A stretch of 64,000 nt of DNA from assembly GCA_035063765.1 (NCBI GenBank), contig JAPSFT010000018.1, forward strand, positions 4,593 to 68,592. Reading direction: 5' to 3'. Made by a program: the position numbers and the translations under genes. The stretch comes from Deltaproteobacteria bacterium (lineage in GTDB: Bacteria > Myxococcota_A > UBA9160 > PR03). The notes beneath the pieces were generated by a model. That model did not search any database. It saw nothing but the letters and a program-made list of their open reading frames with translations, and was not told the DNA's origin. Below are positions 1 to 9,502 of the stretch, piece by piece; position 1 is the first letter of the stretch; each line of letters begins with the position of its first letter.

Positions 1-317
1 CGGCGCAGCCGCAGCAGGGTGGCGCGGGCCACCTCGGTCTCCCCGGCGAAGAGGGCCGACTCGACGAGCTGCACCTTGCGGCCCGGCCGCAGCACCCGCC
101 GCACGGGGCGCAGCGGGGCGAGCGGCACCGGGCGCAGCAGCTCGACCGTGAGCCGCGCGGGGTGCATCGGGCCGGGCGTCTCGGCCTGCTCGGCCACGTG
201 GGCGAGGAGCGCGGCGACGGGCCCGCCGTGGAGCGCATCGGGCGACCACGGCCCGCGCGCCAGCGCGCCCGGCACGAGCATCCCGGCCTCGTCGTGGAAG
301 AGCGCCTCGCCGGTCAC
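1..317 (-). CDS. thioesterase-fold protein (TesB-like/hotdog), 5' part only; gene runs off the left edge
   Basis: Not in the ORF track. My translation of the minus strand from GTG at 317 gives [65 protein letters not shown]... The GPWxPxxxHGGxxAALL block is typical of acyl-CoA thioesterase-like proteins. Third codon positions are almost all G/C. The GTG overlaps the TGA of the upstream gene (GTGA). Confidence 0.45.
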   Translation of the reverse strand, partial: MTGEALFHDEAGMLVPGALARGPWSPDALHGGPVAALLAHVAEQAETPGPMHPARLTVELLRPVPLAPLRPVRRVLRPGRKVQLVESALFAGETEVARATLLRLR

Positions 318-1633
318 AGCGTCGGCAGCCCCCACTCGAAGCCGAGCAGCGCGCGGTCGCGCGCGTCGAACTGGCCGAACAGGCCGTCGCGCGTGCCGTA
401 GAACCAGTCGAGCCCGGCCCAGACCCACAGGCCGTCGCGCAGCTCGTAGCGCAGCTCGGGGCGGATCGTGCCATCGCCCTGGTCCAGGTTGTGGAGCCAG
501 ATCGCCTCCGCCACGAGCTGCTCGTTGCGGAAGCTGCGGCGGGCGAGGAAGGTCACGTTCGTGTCGAGGCGGTCGCGCAGGAGGCCGGGCTCGTCGTCGG
601 GCAGGAAGCTCGGGAAGAGCTGGAGCGAGAGGACGGTGTCGCGGAAGCCGTACCAGTCGAGGCCGAGCACGGCGCCGAGCTCGTCGCTGCGCACGACGCC
701 GTCGCGGTCGCCGGGGTCGTCGGTCGGCTGCCAGCGGGGCCGGGTATAGGCGGCTTCGAGGCGGACGGTGAGGTCGCCGAAGGTGTTGCTGGCGGTGACG
801 CCGAGCACGTGGGCGCGCTCGTACTCCGGGGAGACCTCGACCTGCGCCGGCCCGCGCAAGGAGCGGCGCAGCACGGGCACGTCGTCGTAGTGCCACAGGT
901 AGTTCGCGCTGAGGTCCCAGTCGCGCAGGCGTCCGGCCAGCCGCGCGCCGAGGTCGGAGCCGCGGAAGGCGTCGGGCCGCTCGGGCGCGCGCACGTGGAC
1001 GGCGACCCCGGGCGGCGGGCGCGGCCCGACCAGGCGCGGGGCGTGGAACGCGAAGACGGCGTCGGGGCGCGGCACGTCGTGGGTGCTCGGATCGGGGATC
1101 CACAGGAGCTGCAGCGTCGCGCTGCCCACCGGCACTTCGACGTTGGCGGTCCAGAGCGGGATCCGCGACTGGTCGAAGTCGTCGAGGATGAACTCGCGGA
1201 AGTCCTGGGGATCGACCACGTCGAGCACCTTCAGCCCGTCGGCCTGGCCCCAGACCACCTGCTGCTTGCCGATCCGCAGCCAGGCCGGCCCGAGCCGGCC
1301 CTCGACGTAGAGCTCGCGCAGCTCGGCGTCCACGCGATCGCCGAACTCGAGGCGCCGGGTCGGCGCCCAGAGCTCGGACTGGCTCGGCCCGCCCGGTGCG
1401 AGCCGATCGTAGGCGTCCGCGTGGAGGCGGCCGATCGCGGTGAGCTGGAAGCCCTCCGGCAGGCGCTGGTCGAGCTGCGAGCGCACGCGGGTCTCGAGCT
1501 TCTGGGCGCGCCCCGAGCCGGCCTCGATCGCCCATTCGCCCTCGATCGTGGTCGTGACCCGGGGGCGCTCGCCGAGCGCGGGCGCGGCGAGCGTCGCGCA
1601 GGCGAGGAGGACGGCAGTCGGGCGCAGCGACAT
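314..1633 (-). CDS. DUF1302-like outer-membrane beta-barrel protein
   Basis: ORF 314..1903 trimmed to ATG 1633, which gives signal peptide [48 protein letters not shown] and the alternating Trp/Tyr/Gly-rich strand pattern resemble the DUF1302 family. Confidence 0.5.
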   Translation of the reverse strand: MSLRPTAVLLACATLAAPALGERPRVTTTIEGEWAIEAGSGRAQKLETRVRSQLDQRLPEGFQLTAIGRLHADAYDRLAPGGPSQSELWAPTRRLEFGDRVDAELRELYVEGRLGPAWLRIGKQQVVWGQADGLKVLDVVDPQDFREFILDDFDQSRIPLWTANVEVPVGSATLQLLWIPDPSTHDVPRPDAVFAFHAPRLVGPRPPPGVAVHVRAPERPDAFRGSDLGARLAGRLRDWDLSANYLWHYDDVPVLRRSLRGPAQVEVSPEYERAHVLGVTASNTFGDLTVRLEAAYTRPRWQPTDDPGDRDGVVRSDELGAVLGLDWYGFRDTVLSLQLFPSFLPDDEPGLLRDRLDTNVTFLARRSFRNEQLVAEAIWLHNLDQGDGTIRPELRYELRDGLWVWAGLDWFYGTRDGLFGQFDARDRALLGFEWGLPTL

Positions 1634-1727
1634 GGCCGCGCATTCTATCCGGGTTCGGCGCGGCCGCCTTGGCAGGCGGCAAGCGCCACGGTTACGCTGC
1701 GCGCTCCGCTTCGCCAGGAGGCCTCCG

Positions 1728-2309
1728 ATGCTCCGCTCCGCCGGCACGCTCCTCGCCTTCGCTTGCGCCGCGCTCGTTGCAGCCGGCGGGGCGATCGCCC
1801 AGACGCCCCAACAGGGAGGGAACCCCGTGGTCGTACTCGAGACGACGCTCGGCTCGATCGAGATCGAGCTCGACGCGCAGAAGGCCCCGATCAGCACCGC
1901 CAACTTCCTGGCCTACGTGGACTCCGGCCACTACGACGGCACCGTCTTCCATCGCGTGATCCCGGACTTCATGATCCAGGGCGGCGGCTTCGACGACTCG
2001 ATGGCCCAGAAGCCCACCCGGGCGCCGATCAAGAACGAGGCCGACAACGGCCTGAAGAACCTGCGCGGCACGGTCGCGATGGCGCGCACCAACGTGGTGG
2101 ACAGCGCCACCTCGCAGTTCTTCGTCAACCTGAAGGACAACGACTTCCTGAACCACGGCGGGCGCGACTTCGGCTACGCGGTGATCGGGAAGGTGACGAG
2201 CGGCATGGACGTGGTGGACAAGATCGCGGCGGTGAAGACCGCCAACCGCGGCGGGCACCAGAACGTCCCGGTCGAGCCGGTGAAGATCACGAAGGCGCAC
2301 CGCAAGTAG
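1728..2309 (+). CDS. ppiA: periplasmic peptidyl-prolyl cis-trans isomerase, cyclophilin type
   Basis: ORF 1440..2309 trimmed to ATG 1728, giving signal peptide [24 protein letters not shown]. Cyclophilin signature [15 protein letters not shown]; also [18 protein letters not shown]. Confidence 0.9.
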   Translation: MLRSAGTLLAFACAALVAAGGAIAQTPQQGGNPVVVLETTLGSIEIELDAQKAPISTANFLAYVDSGHYDGTVFHRVIPDFMIQGGGFDDSMAQKPTRAPIKNEADNGLKNLRGTVAMARTNVVDSATSQFFVNLKDNDFLNHGGRDFGYAVIGKVTSGMDVVDKIAAVKTANRGGHQNVPVEPVKITKAHRK

Positions 2310-2316
2310 GGGCCCC

Positions 2317-3795
2317 ATGACGGAGCCGGCCGCGACCGCCGCCCTGCTCGCGGCGATCGGCATCCTGCTGATGCTGGCCGGCCTCGCGAGCCCGCTCTCG
2401 AGCCGGCTCGGCGTCCCGGCGCTGGTGCTCTTCCTCGGGATCGGCATGCTGGCCGGCTCCGAGGGCTTCGGCGGCATCCCCTTCGACGATTACGCGCTGG
2501 CCTTCCGGCTCGGCACGATCGCGCTCGTCCTGATCCTCTTCGACGGCGGCCTCAATACCGCCCCCGCTGCGCTCCGGCGCGCCGCGCTGCCGGCCGGCCT
2601 GCTCGCGACCGCGGGCGTGGTGGCGACCGCGGGGCTCGTGGCGCTGGCCGGCTGGGCGCTCGGCCTCGCGCCGGTGACGGCGCTGCTCGTGGGGGCCGTG
2701 GTGTCGTCCACCGATGCGGCGGCGACCTTCGCGGTGCTGCGCAGCAGCGGCGTGCGGCTGCGCGCGTCGACCGCCGCCACCCTCGAGGTCGAGTCCGGCC
2801 TCAACGACCCGATGGCGATCCTGCTCACGATGATCGCGACCGAGCTGGCGCTCGGCCGGGCGATGGGCGCCGGTGAGGTGGGCCTGCTCTTCGTCCAGCA
2901 GTTCGGGGTGGGCGGCGCGGTCGGGGTCGCCGCCGGGCTGGCGGCGCGCGTCCTCCTGCGCAGCGTCCGGCTGCCCGCCGCGGGCCTCTATCCGGTGCTG
3001 ACCCTCGCGATCGCCTTCCTCTCCTTCGGGCTCGCGACGCTGCTCGCCGGCAGCGGCTTCGTCGCGGTCTACGCCACCGGGCTCCTGCTCTCGGCGAGCT
3101 CGCTCCCCTACGGCGCCGGGGTCCGCCGCGTGCACGACGCCCTCGCCTGGCTCGCGCAGATCATGATGTTCACGCTGCTCGGGCTCCTGGTCTTCCCGCG
3201 CCAGCTCCTGCCCGCGATGGGGGTCGGGCTCGGCATCGCGCTCTTCCTGGCCTGCGTGGCGCGCCCGCTCGCCGTGGCGCCGATCCTCGCGCTCCTGCGG
3301 GTGCCCGGGCGCGAGAACGCCTTCGTCTCCTGGGTGGGGCTGCGCGGTGCGGTGCCGATCATCCTCGGGGCCTATCCGGCGGTGGCAGGCTTTGCCGACG
3401 GCGACGAGGTCTTCCACCTGGTCTTCTTCGTCGTGCTCGCGAGCAGCTTCGTGCCGGGCGCCACGGTCGGCTGGGTGGCGCGCCGGCTCGGCATCGCCGA
3501 CCCGGGCCCGCCGCCGCCGCCCGTGAGCGTCGAGCTGGTCTCGCTGCGCGAGCTCCCGGGAGACTTCGTCTGGTACCACGTCGCGCCCGCGTCCGCGGTC
3601 GCCGGCGCCGAGATGCGCGACCTCCCGCTGCCCGAGGGCTGCCTCGTCACGCTGGTCCTGCGCGGCGGCGACGTCGTGGTGCCGCGCGGCGGCACCGCGC
3701 TCCTGCCCGGCGACCAGGTCTGCGTCTTCGTCCTGCCCGAGGGCCGCCCGCTCCTCGACCTGCTCTTCGGCGGCGCCTCGGAGGAGGCGGGCTAG
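2317..3795 (+). CDS. nhaP2: K+/H+ antiporter, CPA1 family with C-terminal TrkA-C/RCK_C-like domain
   Basis: 492-aa polytopic membrane protein. The N-terminus LLAAIGILLMLAGLASPLSSRLGVPALVLFLGIGMLAGSEG is typical of NhaP2/CvrA. The soluble C-terminal domain is ...LRELPGDFVWYHV...LPGDQVCVFV. Confidence 0.75.
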   Translation: MTEPAATAALLAAIGILLMLAGLASPLSSRLGVPALVLFLGIGMLAGSEGFGGIPFDDYALAFRLGTIALVLILFDGGLNTAPAALRRAALPAGLLATAGVVATAGLVALAGWALGLAPVTALLVGAVVSSTDAAATFAVLRSSGVRLRASTAATLEVESGLNDPMAILLTMIATELALGRAMGAGEVGLLFVQQFGVGGAVGVAAGLAARVLLRSVRLPAAGLYPVLTLAIAFLSFGLATLLAGSGFVAVYATGLLLSASSLPYGAGVRRVHDALAWLAQIMMFTLLGLLVFPRQLLPAMGVGLGIALFLACVARPLAVAPILALLRVPGRENAFVSWVGLRGAVPIILGAYPAVAGFADGDEVFHLVFFVVLASSFVPGATVGWVARRLGIADPGPPPPPVSVELVSLRELPGDFVWYHVAPASAVAGAEMRDLPLPEGCLVTLVLRGGDVVVPRGGTALLPGDQVCVFVLPEGRPLLDLLFGGASEEAG

Positions 3796-4014
3796 TGTCC
3801 CGCCCCCGAGATCCAGGACACTGGAGCCGGTTCACCGCCCGACGGCGGCCTCGATCTCGCCGGCGCCGCAGCCCACCGCAACGGCCGGCGCCCGAGCGCG
3901 GCCACCTCGTGTCAACCGCTCGCCGTCCTCGCGCGTTGACGGTGCGGGCCCCCAACGCCCGCGGAGTCGAGCATGGTCCCCGATCGCGCCGGCCGCGCCG
4001 GCAGCCTCCCCCGG

Positions 4015-5451
4015 ATGGGTCCCGCGATGCTTCCGAAGCGCCTGTGCGCCCTGGCCCTCGCAGCCGCGCTGGCGCTCGCCGCCGCCAGCGCCGCGCGCGC
4101 GCAGCCCTACGACTTCTCGCAGGCCGATTCGCTGCTCACGAACGAGCTGCCGGAGCTCCACGGACACGTCGCCGTCATCGTCCGGCAGGGCGGCGTCGAG
4201 ATCTACCGCTTCCAGACGGGCGACATCGGCTACGACACGCGCATCGGCCTCGCCTCGGTCACGAAGACGATCTCGGCGGGCGTGGTCCTCGCGCTCGTGG
4301 ACGAAGGCCTCCTCGCGACGGGCGAGCGCCTCGGCGACGCGCTGCCGCTCTTCGAGCACGACGGCCTCGGCGACCCGACCGTGCGCGACGCCTGGGGCAT
4401 GCGCGCCGGCATCTCGTCGGCCGTCCCCTACGAGCGCGACCCGCGCTTCACGTTGGCGGAGTCGGTCGAGCGCATCGGCCTCACGGGCTTCCTCGTGTTC
4501 TCGCCACCCGGCTCGCAGCTCGGCTACGACGGCGCGGGCATGCAGGCCGTCGGGCGCATCGCCGAGCTGCGCACGGGGCAGGCCTGGGAGGCGATCGCCC
4601 GCAGCCGCATCTTCGACCCCTGCGGCATGCCGGTGTCGGACTACGGCCAGTTCGCGCCGAACCCCTCGGTGCCCGGCGGTCTCCGCAGCAGCGCGGAGGA
4701 GCTGATCGACTACGCGCAGATGATCCTCGACGGCGGCGGGTGCGCGGGCCAGCGCGTGCTCTCGGACGCGGCCATCGAGCAGCTCTTCGAGAACGCCACC
4801 CGCGGTCTGCCCGTCCACCACTCGCCGTTCCCGCCGGCCCATCCGCTCTACCCCTACGGCGCGGACCCCGACTACGCGTTCGGCGCCTGGGTGCTGGCCG
4901 AGGATCCGGCGACGCAGCACGTCGAGGAGCTGGTCGGCGCGGGCGCGTGGGGGAGCTTCGTCTGGATCGACCGCCGGCGCGGCCTCTCGGCGGTGCTCGT
5001 CACCCACATCGTGCCGGGGTCGCAGACCTCGATGGACGCCGCGCTCGGGCTCTTCGACGTGGCGCGACGCCAGGTCGAAGGGGCGCAGGCCCGCGCGCTC
5101 ACGCCCGCGCCCGCCGGCGCCGAGGCCCGGCTCACGTGGCAGCCGGCACCCGGCTCGATCGCCACGCGCGTCTACGGCGCGGCGACGCCGATCCGCGACG
5201 TGTACGGCCTGCGCGGCGCCGAGCTGCTCGCAGAGGTCGCGTCGGACACGGTCGTCGTACCGCGCTTCCCGTACTACGCCGCGACCGCCGTCTTCGCGGG
5301 GCTCGACGACACCGCGCTCGTCCCGGGGGTGAACAGCGTGACGGGCTTCGTGCCCGAGGCGCCGCAGGCGACCCTCGGCACGCTCGCCCTCCTCACGCTC
5401 GCCCTGCTCGCGCGGCGCGCTGTTCCGCGCCCGGCTGTCGGCGGGTTCTAG
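4015..5451 (+). CDS. secreted serine hydrolase (beta-lactamase/PBP-type family) with PEP-CTERM-like tail
   Basis: ORF 3973..5451. A start at ATG 4015 (alternatives 3973 or 4027) exposes the signal peptide LCALALAAALALAAASAARA. SxxK nucleophile motif SVTK. C-terminus VPEAPQATLGTLALLTLALLARRAVPRP. Confidence 0.7.
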   Translation: MGPAMLPKRLCALALAAALALAAASAARAQPYDFSQADSLLTNELPELHGHVAVIVRQGGVEIYRFQTGDIGYDTRIGLASVTKTISAGVVLALVDEGLLATGERLGDALPLFEHDGLGDPTVRDAWGMRAGISSAVPYERDPRFTLAESVERIGLTGFLVFSPPGSQLGYDGAGMQAVGRIAELRTGQAWEAIARSRIFDPCGMPVSDYGQFAPNPSVPGGLRSSAEELIDYAQMILDGGGCAGQRVLSDAAIEQLFENATRGLPVHHSPFPPAHPLYPYGADPDYAFGAWVLAEDPATQHVEELVGAGAWGSFVWIDRRRGLSAVLVTHIVPGSQTSMDAALGLFDVARRQVEGAQARALTPAPAGAEARLTWQPAPGSIATRVYGAATPIRDVYGLRGAELLAEVASDTVVVPRFPYYAATAVFAGLDDTALVPGVNSVTGFVPEAPQATLGTLALLTLALLARRAVPRPAVGGF

Positions 5452-8201
5452 GGCCGGATCACGGCCTCGACCGCGGTCTCGAGGTCGATCACCCGGCGCG
5501 CGACACGCAGCACGTCGCCGGCGGTGACGGCGGCGATGCGGGCGGCGTAGCGGTGCTGGGCGTCGGCGCCGAGTCCGTAGAGGGCGTCGATCGCCATGTG
5601 CGCGGCGCGCACGACGCTGCGCTGGCGGTCGATCTCGAAGTTGCCGATCAGGTAGCGGCGCGCGCGCTCGAGCTCGCCGGCGGGCGGCGCGTCCGCCACC
5701 AGCGCCGCGAGCTGCTCGTGGATCGCGCGGCGCGCCTCGTCGAGCTTGTCGGGCGCGGTACCGATCGTGATCGCGAAGAAGCCCGGCGCCACCCCCTCGG
5801 CGTCGAGGGCGTTCACCGAGTAGGCGAGCCCACGCCGGTCGCGCAGCTCGAGGAAGAGCCGCCCGCCCTGGCCGGCCAGCACCTGCGTGATGACCTCGAG
5901 CGCGAAGCGGTCCGGGTCGTCGACGGTGAGCCCGCGGAAGCCCACCGCCAGGTGCGCCTGCGCGCGATCCTTGCGCAGCTCGACCCGGCGCGCTGCCGTG
6001 GGCGGCGCCTCGGCCGGCGGTGCGGGGCGCGGGCAGGGCGCGGCGTCGAGCGCCGCGAGCCGCGCCGCCACCTGCTCCGCGGCCCGATCGGGGTCGACGT
6101 CGCCGGCGAGCGCCAGCACGAGATTCGGGCCACGGACCCAGCGCGCGTGGTGCGCGAGCACGTCGGCGCGCGTGAACGCCGCCACCGTCTCCGGCGTGCC
6201 CAGGACCGGCCAGCGATAGGGATGCGTGCTCCAGAGCGCGGCGGTGAAGAGGTCGAGGACGCGCGCGCCGAGCCGGTCCTCGCGGCGCGCCAGCGCCGCC
6301 AGCGTGTCGCGCCGCTCGCGCTCGAGCTCGTCGGCGGCGAAGGCCGGCTCGAGCAGGACCTCGGCGAACAGGTCGAGGGCAGGCTCGAAGCGGTCGCTCG
6401 TGGCCTCCATCGAGAGCCCGAAGCCGCTGCGCCCCGTGAAGCCGTCCACGTCGGCTGCGATCGCCTCGATCGCGTGGGCCAGCTCGGCGGCGCCGCGCCG
6501 GCGCGTCCCGCGCAGCCACATCGAGGTCACGAGCTGGGTGAGGCCGGCGCTGGTCGCGTCCTCCGCCAGGAGTCCGCCGTGGAAGGCGCCGCGCAGGGCC
6601 ACCACCGGCACCTCGCGGCGCGGCTCGACGTGGAGCACCGCGCCGCTCGCGAGCCGATAGCTCTCGATGGCGGGGGCGAGACGGGAGGCGCGCGCGGGCG
6701 TGGCGCCCCTCGCCGCGGCGGCCGCCGGTGCGCCCAGCGCGGGCGCGGCGCCGATCCGCTCGGGCACGACGGCCCGCGCCGCCTGCTCCGCGCCGCGGCC
6801 AGCGGCCCCGACCAGTGCCTTCTCGTCGAGCGCGGGCACGGCGCCCTCGGGCAGCACCGCGGCCACCGTCACCCGGCGCGGATCGAGGTGGGTGGCGGCG
6901 ACGCGCAGCAGGTCGGCTGGCGTGGCGTTCCGCACGGCCTCCAGGTACGCCGCGTCGCCGCGGAACGAGCCGGCGATCGCCTCGAAGGTGCCGAGCTTGC
7001 GCGCCCGCCCGGCGACGCTCTCGCGCTCGAAGTGCTCGCTGGCCAGGAAGTTCGCGCGCGCCTTCTCGATCTCGTCGTCCGACACCACTGCGCGACGGAT
7101 CGTCTCCACCTCGCGGGCGATCGCCGCGACCGCGTCGGGGACCCGCTCCGGATCGAGATCGGCCGACACCCCGAACAGCCCCCGGTCCATCGGCGTGTAG
7201 CAGGAGGCGTCCACGCGATCGACGAGGCCCTCGCTCTCCTTCACGCGGCGCACGAGGCGGCTGCTCTCGCCCTCGCCGAGCACGAAGGCCAGCAGGTCGA
7301 GATAGGGCGTGTCGGGGTGGGCGAGCGCGACGGCGGGCCACGCGATCTCGAAGCAGGCCCGCTCGAAGGGCCGGCGCAGGAGGGCGGCGCGCGGCGCCTC
7401 CTGGGGCGGCTCGGCGGGCCGCGCGCGGCGGGCGCCCGCCGGCACCGCATCCGCGAAGAGCGCGCGCACGGAGGCGGCCAGGGCGTTGGCCTCGAAGTCG
7501 CCGCTCGCCACCACGAGCAGGTTGTCGGGTGCGTACCAGCGCCGGTAGAAGGCCCTCACGCGCTCGCGGTCGAAGCTCGCCACGCTCTCGCGCGAGCCCA
7601 GGATCGGCGCGCGATAGGGGTGCGTCCGGTAGGCCGTCGCGAAGAGCGCCTCGGCGCAGACGTGGGGCGGCGAGTCGTCCGAGCGCCGGATCTCCTCGAG
7701 CACCACCTCGATCTCGCGCGCCAGCTCGTCGGGGTCGAAGAGCGAGCCGCGCACCATGTCGGCCAGCACGTCGAGCGCGATCCCGAGCCCGTCGGAGGGC
7801 ACCGTCGCGTGATACACCGTGGTGTCGTAGCTGGTGTAGGCGTTGACACGGCCGCCCACGCCCTCGATGGCGCCCGCCACCTCGGCGACTCCGCGCCGCT
7901 CGGTGCCCTTGAAGAGCATGTGCTCGTGGAAGTGCGCGAGGCCGGCCTCGCCCGGCCCCTCGTCGGCCGAGCCCACCTTCGCCCAGATCTGGAGCTCGGC
8001 GACCGCGGCCAGGTGCGACTCGTCGAGGAGCAGCACGAGGCCGTTCGGGAGGACCTCGCGGCGGGGCGCGCGGAGCGGGGCCGCGGAGGGCTGGTCGGGG
8101 GCGGCCACGGTCGGCGGAGCATAGCCGACGCCCCGCGGCTCTCTATCCTGGCTGCGCCATGCCCAGGAACCAGCGGGCCAGGCGCTGCTCGCGATGCCCA
8201 T
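5448..8201 (-). CDS. M16 (pitrilysin/insulinase) family zinc peptidase, two fused M16 halves
   Basis: 917 aa. The inverted zinc motif HxxEH occurs in LAHFHEHMLFKGT in the first half only; the second half is M16-like without the motif. The start is uncertain: ATG 8201 overlaps hemW, and in-frame GTG 8108 is an alternative. Confidence 0.8.
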   Translation of the reverse strand: MGIASSAWPAGSWAWRSQDREPRGVGYAPPTVAAPDQPSAAPLRAPRREVLPNGLVLLLDESHLAAVAELQIWAKVGSADEGPGEAGLAHFHEHMLFKGTERRGVAEVAGAIEGVGGRVNAYTSYDTTVYHATVPSDGLGIALDVLADMVRGSLFDPDELAREIEVVLEEIRRSDDSPPHVCAEALFATAYRTHPYRAPILGSRESVASFDRERVRAFYRRWYAPDNLLVVASGDFEANALAASVRALFADAVPAGARRARPAEPPQEAPRAALLRRPFERACFEIAWPAVALAHPDTPYLDLLAFVLGEGESSRLVRRVKESEGLVDRVDASCYTPMDRGLFGVSADLDPERVPDAVAAIAREVETIRRAVVSDDEIEKARANFLASEHFERESVAGRARKLGTFEAIAGSFRGDAAYLEAVRNATPADLLRVAATHLDPRRVTVAAVLPEGAVPALDEKALVGAAGRGAEQAARAVVPERIGAAPALGAPAAAAARGATPARASRLAPAIESYRLASGAVLHVEPRREVPVVALRGAFHGGLLAEDATSAGLTQLVTSMWLRGTRRRGAAELAHAIEAIAADVDGFTGRSGFGLSMEATSDRFEPALDLFAEVLLEPAFAADELERERRDTLAALARREDRLGARVLDLFTAALWSTHPYRWPVLGTPETVAAFTRADVLAHHARWVRGPNLVLALAGDVDPDRAAEQVAARLAALDAAPCPRPAPPAEAPPTAARRVELRKDRAQAHLAVGFRGLTVDDPDRFALEVITQVLAGQGGRLFLELRDRRGLAYSVNALDAEGVAPGFFAITIGTAPDKLDEARRAIHEQLAALVADAPPAGELERARRYLIGNFEIDRQRSVVRAAHMAIDALYGLGADAQHRYAARIAAVTAGDVLRVARRVIDLETAVEAVIRP

Positions 8202-9429
8202 GAACCGGAGGACCCGCCGCGCTCCGCACGCCGTTCCCGCGGACGACGGCTGCGTCGGCGTCTACCTGCACGTCCCGTTCTGCGAGCGTGTCTGCCCCTA
8301 CTGCGACTTCGCGGTGGTGGCCGCCCGCCCTCTCACCCCGGCTCGCGAGGCGGCCTACCTCGACGCGCTGGAAACCGAGCTGGCGCAGCGTGCGCCCGGC
8401 TTCGCGAGGCCGGGCGGCGGCCCGCGTGCGCTCGCGTCGGTCTACCTCGGCGGGGGGACGCCATCGCTGCTGGCGCCCGAGTCCGTGGCGCGGCTCGTCG
8501 CCGCCGCCCGCGCGCACTTCCCGGCCGGCGGGCGCGTCGAGATCACGCTCGAGCTGAACCCGGGCACCACCGAGCGCGCGCGCCTGCCCGGCTTCCGCGC
8601 GGCCGGCGTGAACCGGCTCTCGATCGGCGTGCAGTCGTTCTCGGATGCGACCCTGAAGCGGCTCGGGCGCGCGCATCGGGCCGGGGAGGCCCACGCCACG
8701 CTCGCCGCCGCGCGGGCGGCCGGCTTCGACGACGTCTCGCTCGACCTGATCGTCGCCGCACCGGGCCAGCGCCTGGCCGACCTCGAGCGCGACCTCGACG
8801 CCGTGCTCGCCTTCGGCCCCGAGCACGTCTCGGCCTACCAGCTCACGATCGAGCCGGGCACGCCCTTCGCGCGCGCCGCCGCGCGCGGCCAGCTCGCGCT
8901 CGCGGACGAGGACGAGGGCGCGGCGATGCTCGAGCGGCTCGCGGCGCGGCTCGCGGCGGGCGGGCTCGAGCGCTACGAGATCTCGAGCTTCGCGCGTCCC
9001 GGCCGCGAGGCGCGCCACAACCGGCGCTACTGGGAGCGGCAGGCGGTGCTCGGGATCGGGATGGGCGCCTGGTCGTGCGAGCCGGCCTCCCCCGCCGCGC
9101 CGCACGGGGCGCGCCGCGCCAACGTGCGCCAGCTCGACACCTACCTCGCGCGCATGGCGGCGGGTGAGCCGGCGGCGGCCGCTCCGCCCGAGCGCCTCAC
9201 GCCCGAGACGGCACGGGGCGAGGCCGCCTTCCTGGCGCTGCGGACCGCGCGCGGCCTCGACGCCGCCGCCTTCGCGGCCGAGTTCGGTGCGCCGCCGCGC
9301 GCGTTCTGGCCCGAGGTGATCGCCGAAGCGCTGGCCGGCGGCTGGCTCCTCGAGAGCGCCTCCGGCGACCTGCGCCTGACTCCTGCCGGCCTCCTGCTCT
9401 CCGACTCGATCTTCGAGCGCCTCGTCTGA
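8194..9429 (+). CDS. hemW: radical SAM family heme chaperone / oxygen-independent coproporphyrinogen oxidase-like protein
   Basis: Radical-SAM cluster motif in VYLHVPFCERVCPYCDF, plus SVYLGGGTPSLL and NRLSIGVQSF. The 411-aa length and its position upstream of hrcA match the hemN/hemW-hrcA arrangement. Confidence 0.8.
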   Translation: MPMNRRTRRAPHAVPADDGCVGVYLHVPFCERVCPYCDFAVVAARPLTPAREAAYLDALETELAQRAPGFARPGGGPRALASVYLGGGTPSLLAPESVARLVAAARAHFPAGGRVEITLELNPGTTERARLPGFRAAGVNRLSIGVQSFSDATLKRLGRAHRAGEAHATLAAARAAGFDDVSLDLIVAAPGQRLADLERDLDAVLAFGPEHVSAYQLTIEPGTPFARAAARGQLALADEDEGAAMLERLAARLAAGGLERYEISSFARPGREARHNRRYWERQAVLGIGMGAWSCEPASPAAPHGARRANVRQLDTYLARMAAGEPAAAAPPERLTPETARGEAAFLALRTARGLDAAAFAAEFGAPPRAFWPEVIAEALAGGWLLESASGDLRLTPAGLLLSDSIFERLV

Positions 9430-9502
9430 TCCCGCCTTGCACGGCGCGCTGGACGGATCCCCCCTGTTCGGCTACCGACTCCTCGGATTCCAAGGAGTTG
9501 CG

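Noticed and set aside
19-771. A 250-aa Arg-rich + strand ORF at the left edge.
   Set aside because: It lies antisense to the thioesterase-like and DUF1302-like genes, and its poly-Arg/Gly composition marks it as a shadow ORF.
3911-3940. Inverted hexamers GTCAAC-N18-GTTGAC upstream of the serine hydrolase gene.
   Set aside because: The arms are only 6 bp with a long spacer, which is expected by chance. The TTGACG within it has no convincing -10 partner.
3795-9167. A 1790-aa ORF on the + strand, and its 1169-aa counterpart at 3832..7341 on the - strand.
   Set aside because: The translations are Arg/Ala/Pro/Gly low-complexity sequence. They run across or antisense to genes with clear family motifs (serine hydrolase, M16 peptidase, hemW). 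Stop codons are rare in off-frames at this GC content, so these are shadow ORFs.
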